DNA of 64,000 nt from an uncultured delta proteobacterium (GTDB lineage Bacteria; Myxococcota; B64-G9): NCBI GenBank assembly GCA_963754925.1, contig CAVWHX010000012.1, positions 1-64,000 on the forward strand. Direction: 5' to 3'. Of this stretch, positions 1 through 10,765 are shown in pieces. A model generated the notes under the pieces. The model made no database searches. It saw nothing but the letters and a program-made list of their open reading frames with translations, and was not told the DNA's origin. Position 1 is the stretch's first letter, and every line of letters begins with the position of its first letter. A program made the translations under genes and the position numbers.

Positions 1-709
1 AGCTTGGGTCTTGTAGCAAAAAATGGTGGTGATATCTTCCTTGGCCTTGGCCAAGAAATCTTCCTTGATGATGACCACCGTCACGCCGGCCGGACCGAGG
101 TTTTTCTGGGCGCCGGCATAAATCAGGGAGAATTTACTGGCCTCAAACGGACGCCACAGAATATCCGAAGACATATCGGCCGTTAGCGGAGCAGCAACCT
201 CGGGAAACCGGTGCCACTGCGTTCCGAAGATGGTGTTGTTTGAGGTCAGATGCACATAGGCCGCGTTGTCAGTGAACGAGCAGTCAGCCGGCTTGGGGAT
301 CCGGGTGAATTTCTTGTCTACCTCCGTATTGGCCGCTGCACGGGCCGTCGCGCCTATTTTTGAAGCGACGATTTTACCTTCTTTGAAGGCCTTCTGGGCC
401 CAGCTTCCGGTCACCAGATAGTTCTGCTGTCTGCCCGGGGTTAAGGAAGTTCAGCGGCACCAATTCAAATTGTGTATAGGCGCCGCCGCCCATGAAGAGT
501 ACCTGGTGGCTCTGCGCCAAAGCCGAGCAACTCTTTCAAAAGCGCCTGGGCTTCGTTATGCACTTTCTCGTAGTCTTTCGAACGATGGCTGACTTCCAAC
601 ACCGACATTCCGGTTCCTGCAAAATCGAGGAGCTCTTGCTGAGCTTCTTGAAGTACTTCAAGCGGTATGGCGGCGGGGCCAAGGGTTAAAAGTTCATGAC
701 TCGTTTCAT
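1..709 (-). CDS. serC: Phosphoserine aminotransferase, 5' part (runs off the window; several apparent 1-nt indels)
   Basis: Manual minus-strand translation from the ATG at 709 gives MKRVMNF(N)PGPAAIPLEVLQEAQQELLDFAGTGMSVLEVSHRS...TGSWAQKA...YAGAQKNLGPAGVTVVII, which includes the PLP-lysine motif. The frame is broken, so the ORF track misses it. Confidence 0.9.
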
Positions 710-737
710 AGCGGTCTCCGCTTCTCTTTCGTGCGCG

Positions 738-1616
738 CTAACGGCGCCCGGCGAATTCCTTGATTTGCCTTACTACAATATCGCCAATACGTAAAAGGTT
801 TTCTTTGCTCGATGCGCCCAGGTGCGGTGCCATCAACACCCGTGGAGCCTTGAGCAATGCGCAGTCTGCAGGCGGCGGATCGCTACTCGAAACGTCGGTT
901 GCGTAACAGCCGACCTGTCCGCTGTTGAGTGCCGCAGCCATGGCCGCCTCGTCCACACAGGCCGCACGGCCGGTGTTGACGATGATCACCCCTTTCTTCA
1001 TCTTGGCTATCGTCCCGGCATTAATAAGGTTTTTGGTGCTATCGGCCTTAGGCACGTGTAACGAGAGATAGTCCGCGGCAGCCAAGACTTCATCAAGTGA
1101 CTTCATCTCGGCGTGGTCCGATTTCTTCACCACGGGGTCAGTGGCGATCACTTTCATTTCAAAGGCTCGAGCGCGCTTGGCCACCTCGCTGCCGATGCGG
1201 CCCAAGCCGATGATGCCGAGCGTCTTCCGGTAGAGTTCGGTGCGCTCCAGTTCTTTCTTCAACCACTTACCTTCCTTCATGCTGTTGTGCGCCTCAACAA
1301 TGTGGTTTGGCACGGCCAGCATCAGAGCCATCGCCAACTCGGCCACCGTCACGCTCGATGCCTCGGGGGTGTTTTGGACCAAAATACCCTTTTTCTTGGC
1401 GTACGGGGCATCGACGTTGTCCAACCCTACCCCGCCGCGGATGATCAGCTTAAGCTTCGGGGCCGAGTCGATATATTCTTGGGTACACTTGGTCTTACTG
1501 CGTACTAACACCACCTCGGCTTCGGACAACCGCGACTTTTCCGTGGTGATCTCGCCGAATGGTTTCAGTCGCTCGGGTAACGACGCGTCGAATGAGTCTG
1601 CGATTAGGATCAACAT
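738..1616 (-). CDS. serA: D-3-phosphoglycerate dehydrogenase-like D-2-hydroxyacid dehydrogenase (short form, no ACT domain)
   Basis: GVGLDNVD, GIIGLGRIG Rossmann motif, NTGR and PHLGAS motifs; adjacent to serC. Confidence 0.85.
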   Translation of the reverse strand: MLILIADSFDASLPERLKPFGEITTEKSRLSEAEVVLVRSKTKCTQEYIDSAPKLKLIIRGGVGLDNVDAPYAKKKGILVQNTPEASSVTVAELAMALMLAVPNHIVEAHNSMKEGKWLKKELERTELYRKTLGIIGLGRIGSEVAKRARAFEMKVIATDPVVKKSDHAEMKSLDEVLAAADYLSLHVPKADSTKNLINAGTIAKMKKGVIIVNTGRAACVDEAAMAAALNSGQVGCYATDVSSSDPPPADCALLKAPRVLMAPHLGASSKENLLRIGDIVVRQIKEFAGRR

Positions 1617-1658
1617 GTTTCTCTCCCTTGTGAAGCGCCTGCGGTCGGCGCGTTGACT

Positions 1659-2897
1659 TCAATCGGTTAAACTGCGCACCACCACTCCGCTGCGCAGTTT
1701 GGGTTCAAACCAGGTCGACTTCGGCGGCATGACCAGGCCCGCATCCGCGATAGTCATCAGTTGCTCGATAGCCGTCGGGTACAGTGCAAAGGCCACCCCG
1801 TTGGTCTTTTGAGCGCGCCGCTCGAGTTCGTCCGTTCCCCGGATTCCGCCAACAAATCGAATGCGCTGGTCAGTACGCGGATCATTGATCCCGAGGAGAG
1901 GCCTCAGAAGGTTGTTTTGGAGAATGGATGCATCCAGGCTGTCGACCGGATGATCCGCCGGAAAGGTGCCGGGTTTGGCCCTCAGCCGATGCCACGTTCC
2001 CGCTAGATACATGCCAAAGGTGGTCGGCTGTTCAGGTTTCGGTTGGCTCGCCCGATCGATACCGAAAGCGTTGGCAACGGCCTTCATGAAAGCCTCGGTG
2101 CCGCGCCCGTTGAGATCGTTGATGACCCGATTGTATTCCATGATGTTCATCTGGTCGTGAGGAAAAATCACCGTCAAGAAAAAGTTGTACGCTTCTTTGC
2201 CGGTGTGATGGGGGTTGCGCTCCCGACGCAACTTCTGGACTCGCGAGGCGGCCGCTGAACGGTGGTGCCCATCGGCGATGTACAAAGCCGGGACCGCGGC
2301 GAATAGGTTGCGCAGGTTCTCGATTTCCTGGGGCTTGGATATAACCCACAGGCTGTGTCCGACGCCGTCATCGGCGACGAAATCGAATTCCTTCTTGCGC
2401 TTACGCACCCTGCGGATGAAATCATCAATCGCCGCGACGGACCGGTAGGTCAAGAACACCGGGCCGGTGTTAGCGCCGAGTGCGTCAATGTGGAGGGTGC
2501 GCTCGTCTTCCTTATCGGTGCGGGTGAACTCGTGCTTCTTGATCCGATTGTCTTGATACTCCGATACGGATGCCCCCGCCACGACACCAACCTGGACGTG
2601 CTTGCCCATACGCAATTGATAAACGTAGAACGAGGGTTTTTTGTCGCGAACAAAGAGGCCCTGCTCGACCAACTCTTGAAACTTTTTTCGGCCGTGCTCG
2701 AAAATACGCGGATCAACCGTATCGAGCCCGCGCGGAAGTTCGATCTCGGACTTTTCCACCCTCAAGAAGCTGTAGGGTTTATTGGCGACGTACGCTTGCG
2801 CCTCATCAAAATCAACAACATCATAGGGCGGCGCCGCTACCTGAGAAACAAGATCAGGACGCGGTCTGATGCCGCAAAAGGGCTGTATGTCGGACAT
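1659..2897 (-). CDS. DUF1015 family protein
   Basis: PPYDV, IKKHE.T, YIADGHHR and MPPKSTWFEPKLRSG motifs; usual position beside serC/serA. Confidence 0.9.
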   Translation of the reverse strand: MSDIQPFCGIRPRPDLVSQVAAPPYDVVDFDEAQAYVANKPYSFLRVEKSEIELPRGLDTVDPRIFEHGRKKFQELVEQGLFVRDKKPSFYVYQLRMGKHVQVGVVAGASVSEYQDNRIKKHEFTRTDKEDERTLHIDALGANTGPVFLTYRSVAAIDDFIRRVRKRKKEFDFVADDGVGHSLWVISKPQEIENLRNLFAAVPALYIADGHHRSAAASRVQKLRRERNPHHTGKEAYNFFLTVIFPHDQMNIMEYNRVINDLNGRGTEAFMKAVANAFGIDRASQPKPEQPTTFGMYLAGTWHRLRAKPGTFPADHPVDSLDASILQNNLLRPLLGINDPRTDQRIRFVGGIRGTDELERRAQKTNGVAFALYPTAIEQLMTIADAGLVMPPKSTWFEPKLRSGVVVRSLTD

Positions 2898-3089
2898 TCG
2901 TTGCCTCCTGATCGATTAAGCGCACGAGAACCACTGCTCCTCCCGGCCGTTCGAAGGACACATAGTGCCTTAGAGAGCGGCTAGATGTCTATCAAAAAAA
3001 TGATCGACTCCAAAATCTCTACCGTCGAGGCAGCAATGGTTCGGGGTTGATTCTTCCATCGTGGCGTGGTAGCACAATACAAATCTGAT

Positions 3090-3155
3090 GTCATCCCCGC
3101 GAAAGCGGGGATCCAGATTGAGTTACCTCTGGATTCCCGCCTGCGCGGGAATGAC
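3090..3155. repeat. REP-like double-hairpin element, copy 1
   Basis: GTCATCCCCGCGAAAGCGGGGATCCAG-spacer-CTGGATTCCCGCCTGCGCGGGAATGAC; near-identical copy at 14196-14261. Confidence 0.85.
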
Positions 3156-3206
3156 GAGTCAGCGCCGACATGGACAACCTATTTATTACCAAGGAGGGCC
3201 CCGATA

Positions 3207-4157
3207 ATGATCGTTACCACGAAGAAACTGTTCGAGCTTGCGTATGGCAAATATGCAATCGGTGCTTACAATATCAACAATTTAGAACAGACCGTGGGTT
3301 TGTTCCGCGGTAACCTCGATTCGCAGGCGCCGTTCATTATTCAGATCTCCAAGGGCGCGCGTTCCTACACCGACAAACGCATGCTCGAGTCCATCATCCG
3401 GGCCGCCGACGAAATCTACCCGCAGTCTATTTTCGCGGTCCATCTCGATCACGGCGATCCGGAGGCCTGCCACGACTGCATCAACAGCGGCTTCTATTCG
3501 AGCGTCATGATCGACGCCTCGGCGAATCCCTTCGAGGAAAACATTCGCATCACCAAAGAAATCGTCAAGGCCGCCCACACAAAACGCATCGTGGTTGAGG
3601 CCGAGCTCGGCCAGCTCGGCGGGGTCGAAGAACATGTCAAGGTCGAGGAGAAAAACGCCCATTTGACCGACCCCAACCAGGCCAAGGAGTTTGTCACCAA
3701 AACCGGTTGCGACAGCCTGGCGGTGGCGATTGGCACGAGCCACGGCGCTTACAAATTCAGCGGTGCGCAAGCCTTGCGCTTGGATGTGCTTGAGGAGATC
3801 CAAAAGCGTCTGCCTGGGTTCCCCCTGGTCATGCATGGTTCTTCGTCCGTACCGCAGGAAGAGGTCGAGCGTATCAACAAATCCGGCGGCAAGCTCAAGG
3901 GCGCCAAGGGCGTTAACGAGGATGAGTTCGCCCGCGCTGCCCCTCTCGGTGTCACCAAGGTCAACATCGATACCGATGGCCGGTTGGTATGGACACGCGT
4001 GCACCGCGAGTTCTTCCGCGACGCTCCGGAAAAATTCGACCTGCGCGATCCGGGAAAGATTTTCATGGCTGAGTATGCCAAGTTCATCGCCCACAAAAAC
4101 CAGAAACTTGGTTCGGCCGGCACGCTCGAGGAAATCCGCAAGGCTCTCTCTCGATAG
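3207..4157 (+). CDS. fba: Class II fructose-bisphosphate aldolase
   Basis: HLDHG, SSVMIDAS, EAELG, GTSHGAYKF, HGSS and KVNIDTD motifs. AGGAGG RBS precedes the ATG at 3207; the track start at 3066 runs through a repeat. Confidence 0.92.
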   Translation: MIVTTKKLFELAYGKYAIGAYNINNLEQTVGLFRGNLDSQAPFIIQISKGARSYTDKRMLESIIRAADEIYPQSIFAVHLDHGDPEACHDCINSGFYSSVMIDASANPFEENIRITKEIVKAAHTKRIVVEAELGQLGGVEEHVKVEEKNAHLTDPNQAKEFVTKTGCDSLAVAIGTSHGAYKFSGAQALRLDVLEEIQKRLPGFPLVMHGSSSVPQEEVERINKSGGKLKGAKGVNEDEFARAAPLGVTKVNIDTDGRLVWTRVHREFFRDAPEKFDLRDPGKIFMAEYAKFIAHKNQKLGSAGTLEEIRKALSR

Positions 4158-4207
4158 GGCACCTCGTCCAGAAAACCGCCTCGCGCTTTTTCAAAAGGAG
4201 ATGCTTC

Positions 4208-4924
4208 ATGTACCGGTTTTGGATCGCGCTAGCTGCGGCTGCCGTGATGATGACAGGATTAAAAGCCAGGGCCCAAGACAATCCTCCAGCGCAGCCCGAT
4301 TCACTATTGCCACCTCCCCGGGCGCCAACTGCCAGCAGAGAGGTGACGGCTCTCTTGAAGGACGGCGACGCCGCCATGAAGGAGCAATTCTATATAAAAG
4401 CGATGAAGGCTTACTACGATGCCGTCAAGGCCGAGCCAGGAAACCCGGATGCCCTCTATCGGCTCGGGCTCGCCTATGAGGTAAACGGCAATCCCAAAGC
4501 CGCCGCTCTCAGGTTTCGTCAAACCTTGAAGGTTGATCCCGACTACGTCGCGGCAGCACAAGCGTTGGCCAGAGTCGAAGGCCGCCCAGTGCCCGAGCCG
4601 GCACCAGAAGTTTTTCCCCCAACGGGTTCAAAGCAGGTTCGAGACCTCATCAACGATGGTGACGTCGCATTTCAAAAAAACAATTTTATCTTGGCGATTA
4701 CCCGTTATCTGCATGCGAGCCAACTCGATCCCAACAACGAAGAGGCGCTGTATAAGCTGGGATTATCCTATGCCCTCTCTAAAAACCCCCAGATGGCCAT
4801 TTTCAAATGGCAGAAGGTGTTGAACATTAATCCAAACAATACGTTAGCCAAACGGAATATGGCGATCGCCGTACAAAACCTCAAGGGCGGTACCTATTCC
4901 TACGAAACCGAGACCCATCGATGA
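4208..4924 (+). CDS. Exported TPR-repeat protein (two similar TPR blocks)
   Basis: N-terminal signal peptide; repeated ALY.LGL.Y and L..(D/N)P TPR patterns. Confidence 0.75.
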   Translation: MYRFWIALAAAAVMMTGLKARAQDNPPAQPDSLLPPPRAPTASREVTALLKDGDAAMKEQFYIKAMKAYYDAVKAEPGNPDALYRLGLAYEVNGNPKAAALRFRQTLKVDPDYVAAAQALARVEGRPVPEPAPEVFPPTGSKQVRDLINDGDVAFQKNNFILAITRYLHASQLDPNNEEALYKLGLSYALSKNPQMAIFKWQKVLNINPNNTLAKRNMAIAVQNLKGGTYSYETETHR

Positions 4925-4926
4925 GG

Positions 4927-6554
4927 TTATGGCTCATCGGGTGCAGGCTGATTTTGCGCGAGGCGGGAAAATAGGACTCCATCATGGCCAAAATATTCTA
5001 ATTTCCAATTCGCGTACAAGTCCTGAAGCAGTACGGCGGTGAGTCGTTCTCCACGGGGATACGCGATGAGATCTATCCGCCAGCGATCGAGAACCGCTTG
5101 CCAACCAGGCTCGAGTTCGTGAACCGTGAAATAGTCGTTGAATACCGCCGGCGGGTAACAGTCATTGCGTTGATCGATGAAAACTCGAGCCGCGGGATAG
5201 AGCGACCAAATAAACGCCCCGCCCCAACTGAAGTAATTAAATAGCCGGTGATCGGCGCCGTGGAGGCGGATCTGCCGGATGAGCTCCTTCGGATAATATT
5301 GCGGCGAAAGATCCGAAAGCTCCGCCACACCGGTCAACGAGCGATAACTGACAGGACTTTCGTCGGGCACGAGGAAGGTCACCGACACAACAACCGCTAA
5401 TAACCCGAGCAGCAGCCAATCATGGGCCCGCTGGTCGAGCGCCCTTAATGAAGCATACCAGCGTCTCACGGTGTCGATCTTAAGGTGAGGGGTGTTCATG
5501 AGTTGAAGGTGTTGACGATAGTTGCCGGCAGGTGCCGAGCAAGTAAGGGTGCCGCGGCGATTCCTAGCAGCGGAATATTGCGAATACTGGTATAGGAGAA
5601 AAATGAAAATGCGACCAAAAGCCCAATATGGGCCGGGCTGGGTGTCAACCCCGAGCCGAGTACTGCAAAGCCACAAAACATCAGGTAGAAGGTAATCATC
5701 CGACCGAGTGGGCTCGAAAAGTCAGCCGATTGCCACTCGCTCATATTGGTCAGAAAGCTCAGCTGATGATTGAAGATCTGCTTCACATAGTAAATGGGGA
5801 AAATGAGCCCATAGATATGATTGGGAGTAGCCACACACGCTATCGATGCAACCAAAAGATCGCGCCCAATTGCCCGAACATCATGCCATGGTGCCTCGGC
5901 CGCGCGCAGGTGCGACGCAATCGCCGAAACGAGATAGAGGAACATGAGCGCGAGACCGGTGATGAAACTGCTGTGGAAATTCGCCCAACCGGAGAAAATC
6001 AAGAACATTACCACCGGACGCATCCGACCACCCATGGTCGGTTGCTCCATGGCGTATAACAGCAAGATGAAGAAAATGTTGGCAAAGAGATACGGCCTTA
6101 GAGAGAAGTTGCTCAGCATCATCAGAACCGCCAGCAGCGTAACTATCGCCGACAGATAGGGTGAGCAACCCGAGCGCCGCGTAAGGTGAAAGATCAAAGC
6201 GCAGCACAGACCGTTGAGGAGGACTCCAAAACCGATTAAGCCATACGAACCAAGTAGTTGATAGACGCTGAAGAAAACTACCTCCGCCAACCACTCCTGC
6301 GGCAACCACGGATACGCGGGCGCAGTGAAACTAAAGGTATTTTGATCCGGCATACGCAGGTTTTGCAGAATATACTCGCCAGTTTTGAGATGCCACCAAA
6401 TATCATCGGCCTTAATAGGAATCATGAAGGTGGTGGCCACAAGAACCAACCCAACCGTTAATGCAAAAACCGATGGTACCCACCAGAGACTTTTTGGCGA
6501 GAAAGGCGTTTGAGGCATGACCGTCACAGAGGGCTCAACTGTTGCCATTAACAA
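4927..6554 (-). CDS. Polytopic membrane protein, possibly GT-C-fold glycosyltransferase-like; split by a frameshift near 5500
   Basis: Many TM segments; DIWWHLKTG, WANFHSSF and EWQS motifs in the first ORF, and FNYFSWGG and VFIDQR in the overlapping second ORF. Confidence 0.55.
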
Positions 6555-6658
6555 ACGATATACCGCACTCGGGGAACAATGACAACCAACTGGACAACGC
6601 TCGCTGCGCTAGCCGGAGCTGCCTGGGCGTCCTTCAGACTCCTATGAAAATTTTTCAC

Positions 6659-6691
6659 TTGACAAAATACAATCAATATAATATATATAAT
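6659..6691 (+). promoter_or_regulatory. Putative sigma70 promoter of the MerR-like gene
   Basis: TTGACA at 6659-6664 followed by an AT-rich tract with TATAAT at 6677 and 6686. Confidence 0.5.
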
Positions 6692-6761
6692 AGGCAATAA
6701 GAACAACACCCTGGGTGGGGAAGAATTGGAAATAATACATTCAACATATTACCGGAAATAA

Positions 6762-7316
6762 ATGGCATCTGAACCAAGAAGACTATTGAGTCTATTCAGC
6801 ATTGATGAACTCAGCCAGCTTGAGCAACGCTACCCAAACGGCATTTCGGCGCTAGAGATTATCACCTTATTTCAGTCGCGGGGATTTAAATTATCTGAAG
6901 CAACTTTTCGTAAATATGTTCAATTGGGGTTGTTACCAACCTCACGGCGAGTGGGACGCAAGGGTAAGCACCGCGGTTCCTGCGGAGTTTATCCTGCCTC
7001 GGTCTTGAGGCGCATCAATTTAATCAAGAGCATGATGCAGGAGGATCGCACGCTAGCTGAGATCCGAGAGTCAATTATCTCGCTACAAAACGACCTGGAA
7101 CGATTGTCCGATGCAATCCGGCAGCTTTTCGCCCGCCTGATGCAGTGGATTAACCGACTGGATGAATCAGAGGCATCGATGCAGGCCTTCAACCAGGAAG
7201 TGGTCAAGACGCATCAAGATGCCATCGCCTTGTTCTCACGTTTAGAAAAAATCGGGAGTCGGCTGGCGGTGGCCGGCACTCTCCCGCCTTCCAAGAGCCA
7301 AGGAGGTTTCTTATGA
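6762..7316 (+). CDS. MerR-like HTH transcriptional regulator
   Basis: [15 protein letters not shown]...Y...RRINLIK...TLAEI resembles the MerR winged HTH; coiled-coil C-terminus. Confidence 0.65.
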   Translation: MASEPRRLLSLFSIDELSQLEQRYPNGISALEIITLFQSRGFKLSEATFRKYVQLGLLPTSRRVGRKGKHRGSCGVYPASVLRRINLIKSMMQEDRTLAEIRESIISLQNDLERLSDAIRQLFARLMQWINRLDESEASMQAFNQEVVKTHQDAIALFSRLEKIGSRLAVAGTLPPSKSQGGFL

Positions 7317-7777
7317 ACGCGAGCCACGCGGGCACTTCGACCGGTACCAACGCATCTGAAAGCCGCAAGGGGCGACGAAGGTCAAAAACCATTGCTCGTA
7401 AACAAATGCTCCGTGACCGGCGGCGAGAACCGGTCGATCCTAAGTTGCTTGAACTGGCTGCACAAAAGCGTCCACACAAACGATGCGAATGCATCAATGG
7501 GAGGCGCCCGTGCTTGTTCGTCTCCTGTAAACACCACCTCTACTTGGACGTCAATCCTCAAACGGGTTCTATAAAGCTCAACTTCCCGGACAAAGAGGTC
7601 TGGGATCTCAGTGAAACGTGTGCCTTGGATGTAGCCGAGCGTGGCGGCATGACGCTCGAGGAAGTAGGTGAGATTTTGAACTTAACCCGCGAACGCGTGC
7701 GGCAGCTCGAGGCAACCGGCTTACAAAAACTACTTGATCTCAGTGAAAAAGCAGAACTTAAGGATCTCCTCGGTTAA
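7313..7777 (+). CDS. Sigma70 region-4-like DNA-binding protein with a Cys/His-rich segment
   Basis: [21 protein letters not shown] is a sigma region 4.2 HTH, preceded by C...RPC..VSCKHHL...C; ATGA overlap with the upstream gene. Confidence 0.75.
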   Translation: MNASHAGTSTGTNASESRKGRRRSKTIARKQMLRDRRREPVDPKLLELAAQKRPHKRCECINGRRPCLFVSCKHHLYLDVNPQTGSIKLNFPDKEVWDLSETCALDVAERGGMTLEEVGEILNLTRERVRQLEATGLQKLLDLSEKAELKDLLG

Positions 7778-7884
7778 TCGTTAACGTTACCAGTCCTCCA
7801 GTATACGCCAGTAAAAGCCTTGACGAGCGTTGATGCAACTGTTAGGTACCTATGTCGATCGCCACGGGGCGAATGAGGTACGTC

Positions 7885-9159
7885 ATGCGGTTGCAGGTAA
7901 TCGGCGGCGGGGGGCGCGAACATGCCCTCGCGTGGACGCTGGCTCGAAGCCATGAGGTTGAATCGATTATCTGCGCGCCGGGCAACGCCGGTATGGCGGC
8001 CGAGCCCAAGGTTACTTGTGTGCCTGTTGCAGCCGACGATCTTGAGGGGCAGATCCGGTTAGCTCGGAAGCGCCATCCGGATCTGGTGGTGGTGGGGCCG
8101 GAGCGGCCGCTGGTATCGGGAATAGCCGACCGCTTGGCCGAGGAAGCCATTGAAACGGTAGGCCCTCATCGTCAAGCCGCGGCGCTTGAGGGCAGTAAGG
8201 TCTTTGCCAAGGAGCAGATGCAGCGGTATAACATTCCGACGGCACCAGGCCGCGTCTTCGACCAATCCGATGCGGCCATACGCTTTGTTCGTGAGCATCC
8301 TCAACCGTGGGTGGTAAAAGCGGACGGCCTGGCGGCGGGAAAGGGCGTGCTTATCTGCCAGGACGCTTCCGAGGCAGAACGCGCCATTCGCTTGTTGATG
8401 GATGAGCGCGCCTTTGGAGAAGCCGGCGAGCATATTTTGATAGAAGAGCTGCAGAGCGGCGAAGAGGTTTCGTGCATCGCCGTGACCGATGGCCACACCA
8501 TCCGTTTACTGCCGTCGTCACAGGATCATAAACGTGCGTTAGATGGTGATCGCGGTCCAAACACCGGCGGCATGGGCGCCTATTCGCCGGCGCCGGTGCT
8601 GACCGCCAACTTGGAGCAGGAGGTGACCACGCGCGTTTTTCGTCCGTTGCTCGCCGGTATGGCCGCCGCCGGCAGTCCCTATCGCGGTTTTTTGTATGCC
8701 GGTTTGATGGTCGGTGCCGATGGACCGCGCGTGCTCGAGTTCAACGTGCGCCTGGGCGACCCAGAGAGTCAAGCTCTGTTTATGCGGTTACGCTCTGATC
8801 TTGCCCCGGTCTTGCGGGCATGCACCAACGGCACCCTCGATCGCGTCCCGTTGCTGTGGGATTCTCGGCCGGCGGTGTGCGTGGTGATTGCCGCGGGTGG
8901 TTACCCGGGCAGCTATGACAAAAACAACGTCATTAGCGGTCTGGATTCAGTCGAAGGCCTGCCGGACATCAAAGTATTTCACGCGGGCACCCGATTGCAG
9001 AATGGGCAGGTGCTCACGGATGGGGGACGGGTCCTCGGTGTCACTGCCCTAGGCACGGATATTCGTCAAGCACAGCAACGCGCCTACCAGGCGGTGAAAA
9101 ACATCAGTTTTGCCGGGATGGCGTTCCGTCGGGACATAGCCCATCGGGCGTTGGAGTAG
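7885..9159 (+). CDS. purD: Phosphoribosylamine-glycine ligase
   Basis: GGGGREHAL, KADGLAAGKGV, QDHKR, GPNTGGMGAYSP and EFNVRLGDPE motifs. Confidence 0.97.
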   Translation: MRLQVIGGGGREHALAWTLARSHEVESIICAPGNAGMAAEPKVTCVPVAADDLEGQIRLARKRHPDLVVVGPERPLVSGIADRLAEEAIETVGPHRQAAALEGSKVFAKEQMQRYNIPTAPGRVFDQSDAAIRFVREHPQPWVVKADGLAAGKGVLICQDASEAERAIRLLMDERAFGEAGEHILIEELQSGEEVSCIAVTDGHTIRLLPSSQDHKRALDGDRGPNTGGMGAYSPAPVLTANLEQEVTTRVFRPLLAGMAAAGSPYRGFLYAGLMVGADGPRVLEFNVRLGDPESQALFMRLRSDLAPVLRACTNGTLDRVPLLWDSRPAVCVVIAAGGYPGSYDKNNVISGLDSVEGLPDIKVFHAGTRLQNGQVLTDGGRVLGVTALGTDIRQAQQRAYQAVKNISFAGMAFRRDIAHRALE

Positions 9160-9164
9160 CTGAT

Positions 9165-9665
9165 ATGAGCGCGAAACGGGTTTTGATATTAATGGGTTCT
9201 GACAGCGATCTTGCGGTGATGGAGGAAGTTGCCCAAGCGCTAACCTTGCTGCACGTGAGATATGAGATGCACGTCGCCTCGGCTCACCGTACCCCGGAAA
9301 AAGTCATTTGGCTTGCGCGCGAAGCTCGGCAGCAAGGTTTTGGGGTCATCGTGGCTGGCGCCGGCTTAGCGGCGCATTTAGCGGGAGTAGTTGCTGCGCA
9401 TTCCCTGTTGCCGGTGATCGGCGTGCCGCTCTCGACGGGCCCCTTCAACGGAGCCGACTCTTTACTTTCGACGGTCCAGATGCCCCGCGGCTTCCCGGTC
9501 GCCACCGTTGGCGTCGGCCCGAGTGGAAGCTTTAATGCCGGGTTGCTCGCGGCGACCATACTGGCGGTGGAGGACGACGAGTTGACCGGGCGCATCGCCG
9601 CTTACCGCGACGAGTTAGCCCGTAAAGTCGAGGAAAAGGACACCGCCTTACAACGGCGAGAATGA
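9165..9665 (+). CDS. purE: N5-CAIR mutase
   Basis: MGSDSD, SAHRTP, AAHLAG and STVQMP motifs. Confidence 0.96.
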   Translation: MSAKRVLILMGSDSDLAVMEEVAQALTLLHVRYEMHVASAHRTPEKVIWLAREARQQGFGVIVAGAGLAAHLAGVVAAHSLLPVIGVPLSTGPFNGADSLLSTVQMPRGFPVATVGVGPSGSFNAGLLAATILAVEDDELTGRIAAYRDELARKVEEKDTALQRRE

Positions 9666-10765
9666 GACTTCACCGCTATATTCTCAGCCAGATCTTCTGG
9701 CCGGTACTGTTAACATTCTTTTCACTCAACCTCCTTTTTTTGATAGTGCAATTGCTAAAAATAGGCGGACTGGCCTTTGGCGCCGGTTTTACACTCACCG
9801 ATCTCATACAGGTCTCGGTGCTGTTTCTCCCGGGGTTCTGCGTCTTCACTATTCCTATCGCGGTTCTTACCGGTGTTCTATTAGGTTTCGGGCGCATGGC
9901 GGCCGACAGAGAGGTAATTGCATTTCTCGGCGCCGGAATTTCGAGCACTCGACTATCGGTCGCTCCAGCCATCTTAGGAGTAATGGGCGCGCTTGCGGCA
10001 GGCGGCGTGGCCTCTCAGATTGCGCCTGCTTCCAATCTTGCTCTCAAAGAAATCGTCGCCGAACTCACCAGACGGCACACCGTTGCTTCGCTTGAAGCCG
10101 GGCGCTTCTATGAAGACATCCCCAATGTCGTGCTGTACCCTCGTCAGATGGAACCGAACGGCAAGGAATGGAACGGATTCCTGGTATTTGACTGCCGCTC
10201 GCAGGATTCTTGCCATACCTTGATGGCGCGGCGTGCCGAAATTTCGCCGCGCAGCGATCGAAACGCCTTGAACTTCCTCCTCAAAAACGGCGAGCTTCAC
10301 GGTGAGGCGATGCCCGGCGATGAATACTCACGGGCGCGTTTTGACACCGGCAATATTTCGATGGACATTGAGCGGTTGGTTTCAGAGCGGACGCGCTTTA
10401 TACCCGACGTCGAGCAACTGTCGTTACGGGAACTTGCTGCCGGCGCTACCGATGGGAGCCTGACGCGGCGAGAGAGAAATATCCTGACTGCCGCGTGGCA
10501 CCGCCGATTTGCTTTTCCCCTTGCGTCGGTTTTATTCGCTTTGATGGGCACCGCCTTGACCGCGGCCGGTAAGTTGCGCGGTTGGCGCGGAACCTTGGTA
10601 ACGGCGGTGACGATGATCACCCTGTACTATCTGCTGATGCGCTTTGGCGACGCCCTGGTCGTAGCCGGCGTGCTGCAACCCGCTTTTGCCGCTTGGCTAC
10701 CAGATTTCCTCGTGGGCGCCACTGCGGGCTTGCGGCTCACCAGCCTGGCCCGGAGACCGGCATGA
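9662..10765 (+). CDS. lptF: LptF/LptG family LPS export permease (LptF-like)
   Basis: RYIL start, 3+3 TM layout, GRM..D.E..A..GAGIS and AAWLPD motifs. Confidence 0.8.
   Translation: MRLHRYILSQIFWPVLLTFFSLNLLFLIVQLLKIGGLAFGAGFTLTDLIQVSVLFLPGFCVFTIPIAVLTGVLLGFGRMAADREVIAFLGAGISSTRLSVAPAILGVMGALAAGGVASQIAPASNLALKEIVAELTRRHTVASLEAGRFYEDIPNVVLYPRQMEPNGKEWNGFLVFDCRSQDSCHTLMARRAEISPRSDRNALNFLLKNGELHGEAMPGDEYSRARFDTGNISMDIERLVSERTRFIPDVEQLSLRELAAGATDGSLTRRERNILTAAWHRRFAFPLASVLFALMGTALTAAGKLRGWRGTLVTAVTMITLYYLLMRFGDALVVAGVLQPAFAAWLPDFLVGATAGLRLTSLARRPA

Noticed and set aside
3066..3206. N-terminal extension of the aldolase
   Set aside because: It is the translation of the palindromic repeat; a good RBS precedes the ATG at 3207.
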